Assembly (NCBI GenBank): GCA_964479665.1
Contig: CAYZNN010000007.1
Location: 3,843 to 67,842 of the forward strand
From: an uncultured Rikenellaceae bacterium
GTDB lineage: Bacteria > Bacteroidota > Bacteroidia > Bacteroidales > Tenuifilaceae
Direction: 5' to 3'
DNA: 64,000 nucleotides
This document shows positions 61,095 through 64,000 of this stretch, piece after piece. The notes beneath the pieces are model-generated. The model was not told where the DNA came from. It was given only the letters and a program-made list of their open reading frames with translations, and did not search any database. The position numbers and the translations under genes were made by a program. The first letter of the stretch is position 1. The number at the start of each line of letters is the position of its first letter.

Positions 61095-61200
61095 AAATTT
61101 GAGCCCTGATGCTGCCAAATCGATTTTAATAAAACCTTCAACTAAAAAATGATACCTTTGCTTCACAACACCCTTAAATAGCCATTAACGTTCACTAAAA

Positions 61201-62148
61201 ATGTATAAGAATAAAACCATTTGTGTAGTTGTTCCATGCTATAACGAAGAGAGCCAAATAGAAAAAGTTATTGGCACAATGCCCAACTTTATCGATAAAA
61301 TTGTTACAGTTGATGACTGCTCGCGCGACAAAACGGTTGAAGTTATTAGAAAAATAGCCTTTATTAATAACAAGGTAGTTGCGCTTGAGCATTCGCTCAA
61401 CCAGGGCGTAGGCGGTGCTATAGCCACGGGCTACAAGTGGGCTCGCGACAATAACATGGATGTTGCCGTTGTAATGGCTGGCGACGGGCAAATGGACCCC
61501 ATTGAACTTCCACGAGTTCTTGATCCTGTAGTGGAAGGCCAAGTTGATTATACAAAAACCAATAGACTTTTTTATGGCGATGCCTATAAGCAAATCCCTC
61601 GCATTCGCTTCATTGGCAATTCCATACTATCACTTCTAACAAAAATTGCATCGGGGTATTGGCACATTGCCGATTCGCAAAGTGGGTACACTGCCATTTG
61701 TAGGGAGGCCCTCCACACCATCGATTGGGATAAAATGTATAAACGCTACGGTCAACCCAACGATCTTCTGGTTAGGCTTAACCTATATAACTTTAGGGTT
61801 CGCGACATAGTTACTAAGCCAGTATATAATGTGGGCGAAAAAAGCAGCATGAAGGTCTGGAAGGTAGTATTTACAATTTCCTGGCTCTTACTTAAACTTT
61901 TTTTCTTTAGGCTAAAGGAGAAGCACCTCATTCGCGATTTTCATCCATTGGTTTTCTTCTACTTCTCGGGTTTCATACTTCAATTATTGAGCATTCCTCT
62001 AATGGCTCGCTTCATATATTTCTGGATTGTATACGACCATATTCCCAAGGTTAACTTCCTAGCGTGGATGTTCACTGTAATTATGAGCGTTCAGTTCATC
62101 CTTTTTGCCATGTGGTTCGATATGGATAGCAACAAACACCTTAAGTAA
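61201..62148 (+). CDS. Family-2 glycosyltransferase with C-terminal TM helices (GtrB/ArnC-like polyprenyl-phosphate glycosyltransferase)
   Basis: ICVVVPCYNEESQIEKVI, TVDDCSRDKT, GVGGAI, VVMAGDGQMDP, and two C-terminal TM helices. Confidence 0.87.
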   Translation: MYKNKTICVVVPCYNEESQIEKVIGTMPNFIDKIVTVDDCSRDKTVEVIRKIAFINNKVVALEHSLNQGVGGAIATGYKWARDNNMDVAVVMAGDGQMDPIELPRVLDPVVEGQVDYTKTNRLFYGDAYKQIPRIRFIGNSILSLLTKIASGYWHIADSQSGYTAICREALHTIDWDKMYKRYGQPNDLLVRLNLYNFRVRDIVTKPVYNVGEKSSMKVWKVVFTISWLLLKLFFFRLKEKHLIRDFHPLVFFYFSGFILQLLSIPLMARFIYFWIVYDHIPKVNFLAWMFTVIMSVQFILFAMWFDMDSNKHLK

Positions 62149-62150
62149 CC

Positions 62151-63077
62151 GTGAGGAAATTCTTTTTTAACATTATCCTTTACGTTTCTCTTGTTTTCCT
62201 TGTTGTTTACTTTTATAGGTACAACTATGTCGATATCAAGAGCATCTCCTTCAATATACCATTTCTCATTGGGTCAATACTTTTTTTATGGCTCGGGTTT
62301 ATTTTATCATCCTTTGGATGGCGTAGGGCCCTGGCACTACATGGAACTAATATTTCAAAGCATGAAGCCATAGTATCCCATGGAATGTCCGTTTTTTCCA
62401 AGTTTATTCCTGGGAAAATTTGGGTTATCCTAGGCCGAGCCTCAAAGGTTTCCTTAAATAACCACTCCATGGAGACTGCTTCATTTGCCTCGTTAAAGGA
62501 GCAGCTGGTTTACTTATGGCTTGGGCTCCTTCAGTCCATAATCCTTGTAGCTGGGCCCATGCGCTCCATGGGGTCAGTAATGCTTTTAGCCGCCCTGCTG
62601 GTTGGCCTTAGCGCCTTTATATTCTCCGACTGGTTTCGAAGGTTAACCTCACTTTTGTACTTCAAAATTCTAAAAAAAGAGTTAAGCATTCCCCCCATTG
62701 CTAAAGGAGAGATTTTAAAACTACTGGCAACAATTTCGTTATATTGGATTTGCTGGGACATTGCATTTTGGTTGTTTGTAAAATCGATTTTTTCCGAAGC
62801 GCCTGCAATTACTGCTTTTATATTTCCCATGTCGGTAACCATGGGGGTGCTCGCGCTTTTCACACCAGGCGGGCTTGGCGTTCGAGAAGGGCTCATCACC
62901 TTAGGCCTTGTGTCAACAGGCTTACCGTTAAAACTTGCTGCAACAGCAGCTATTGCAGCCCGATTATGGTTTACCACTGGAGAACTTTTTATTTTTACAT
63001 TTGCCTTTGTGTTAAACCTAAAGCAAAAATTCAATAGAAAGCGGGCAACGGCATTAATTGAAAAACTGAAATATTAA
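62151..63077 (+). CDS. Flippase-like (UPF0104 / lysyl-PG synthase TM-region family) membrane protein
   Basis: 308 aa with about 8 TM helices and a ...FTPGGLGVREG... motif typical of this family. GTG start 2 nt after the GT2 stop. Confidence 0.7.
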   Translation: MRKFFFNIILYVSLVFLVVYFYRYNYVDIKSISFNIPFLIGSILFLWLGFILSSFGWRRALALHGTNISKHEAIVSHGMSVFSKFIPGKIWVILGRASKVSLNNHSMETASFASLKEQLVYLWLGLLQSIILVAGPMRSMGSVMLLAALLVGLSAFIFSDWFRRLTSLLYFKILKKELSIPPIAKGEILKLLATISLYWICWDIAFWLFVKSIFSEAPAITAFIFPMSVTMGVLALFTPGGLGVREGLITLGLVSTGLPLKLAATAAIAARLWFTTGELFIFTFAFVLNLKQKFNRKRATALIEKLKY

Positions 63078-63095
63078 CGAAGGCATATTAATCCA

Positions 63096-64000
63096 ATGCG
63101 TAAAGTAGCCATTATCGATATGGGCACCAATACCTTCAACCTTCTGGTTGCCGAGGTGAATAACGAAGGCACTTATCGAATTGTTAATAGCAGCAAGCAA
63201 CCCGTAAAACTGGGGGAGGGTGGAATTAACGAAAAAATTATAGTTCCGGCAGCTTTTCAGAGAGGTTTGAAGGCCATTGCTGAGCACTTCAGAACCATTA
63301 TGCTTTATGGTGCTACCGAGGTTTATGCATTTGCCACATCGGCTACCCGAAATGCAACCAATGGGCAGCAATTTGTAAGCGAAATTTATAACCAATTTGG
63401 AGTAGCTGTGCAGGTTATCCCTGGCGATAAGGAGGCAGAACTAATTTACTATGGAGTTCGTCAGGCCGTCGATTTCGGCCAGCAGAAGGCTCTAATTCTC
63501 GACATTGGTGGCGGTAGTAACGAAGTTATTATTGGTAACAACCGGCAACTTTTTTGGAAAAAAAGTTACGATTTGGGTATATCGCGCCTGCATCAGCATT
63601 TTAACCCCTCCGACCCAATAACCCCTGCCGAAAGGTTAGAGATTGAAAAATTTATTATTGCTCAGCTGACCGATTTGGATATGGCAATGAAAGAGCATAA
63701 GCCCAAGGTAATTGCTGGCAGTTCGGGTTCGTTCGACACTTACAGGAGCATAATGTTCGAAGCAGGTATAATCGCTTCAAACGGGCAACCATCGGTTGAG
63801 CTACCTCTGCATGAGTATATATCTCTGCACGAAAAACTTGTTGCCATGACTATTGACGAGCGAAGTCGAGTGCCGGGCATGGAACCGGTTCGGGTCGAAA
63901 TGATAGGTTTGGCCTCCATATTTACGCACCTTCTGGTGAAACGATACGGCCTCACTCAAATGTACCAGTCGACCTATGCGCTCAAGGAGGGTGCTATCTG
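63096..64000 (+). CDS. Ppx/GppA-family phosphatase (exopolyphosphatase-like), partial; continues past the window end
   Basis: An ATG at 63096 opens MRKVAIIDMGTNTFNLLVAEV...AFATSATRNATNG...LILDIGGGSNEVIIG (ASKHA-fold phosphate motifs). There is no stop before 64000, so it is absent from the ORF track. Confidence 0.85.
   Translation, partial: MRKVAIIDMGTNTFNLLVAEVNNEGTYRIVNSSKQPVKLGEGGINEKIIVPAAFQRGLKAIAEHFRTIMLYGATEVYAFATSATRNATNGQQFVSEIYNQFGVAVQVIPGDKEAELIYYGVRQAVDFGQQKALILDIGGGSNEVIIGNNRQLFWKKSYDLGISRLHQHFNPSDPITPAERLEIEKFIIAQLTDLDMAMKEHKPKVIAGSSGSFDTYRSIMFEAGIIASNGQPSVELPLHEYISLHEKLVAMTIDERSRVPGMEPVRVEMIGLASIFTHLLVKRYGLTQMYQSTYALKEGAI

Noticed and set aside
61195-61593. 132-aa minus-strand ORF antisense to the GT2 gene, and the 167-aa ORF 62531-63034 antisense to the flippase-like gene
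   Set aside because: The sense-strand genes have clear family motifs, while the antisense translations have none.
1-64000. CRISPR arrays, tRNA/rRNA/tmRNA genes, IS elements, integrases and prophage genes
   Set aside because: Intergenic gaps are all 235 nt or shorter and show no spaced direct repeats, cloverleaf-like sequence or rRNA-like sequence. No ORF has transposase or integrase motifs. This is a by-eye scan, so small ncRNAs cannot be excluded.

Overview
This looks like a chromosomal segment from an anaerobic Bacteroidota genome. Supporting signs are a T9SS PorV-family gene, exported proteins whose signal peptides are followed by Gln, a glutaminyl cyclase, DUF4783/DUF4412/TIGR02757-type genes and HydF. 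About 50 protein-coding genes are densely packed on both strands. I recognised no rRNA, tRNA, CRISPR array, transposase or integrase. Housekeeping genes (valS, era, der, fabD, nadC, pdxH, rlmH, pssA) are interleaved with envelope and sensing functions. Main observations: (1) A 50.5-63.1 kb envelope-glycosylation locus holds three paralogous GT-C membrane transferases, two polyprenyl-phosphate GT2 synthases, a flippase-like protein and an aspartase/fumarase-family protein with a degenerate active site. One GT-C gene and a pbpC gene in this locus are visibly decayed, with in-frame TAG, TGA and TAA codons plus homopolymer frameshifts. (2) A porin / Cache-MCP / Cache-histidine-kinase / beta-barrel operon has paralogous sensor domains, and the MCP N-terminus is frameshifted. 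(3) An exported C14 caspase is flanked by LPP20-like and coiled-coil exported proteins. (4) A GT2 domain is fused to a phosphoglycosyltransferase remnant that lacks its catalytic core. (5) An orphan m5C DNA methyltransferase has its 3' end inside a perfect 23-bp hairpin. (6) Two tandem four-Cys single-TM miniproteins lie next to apbE. All family names come from motif recognition by eye, not from database searches.
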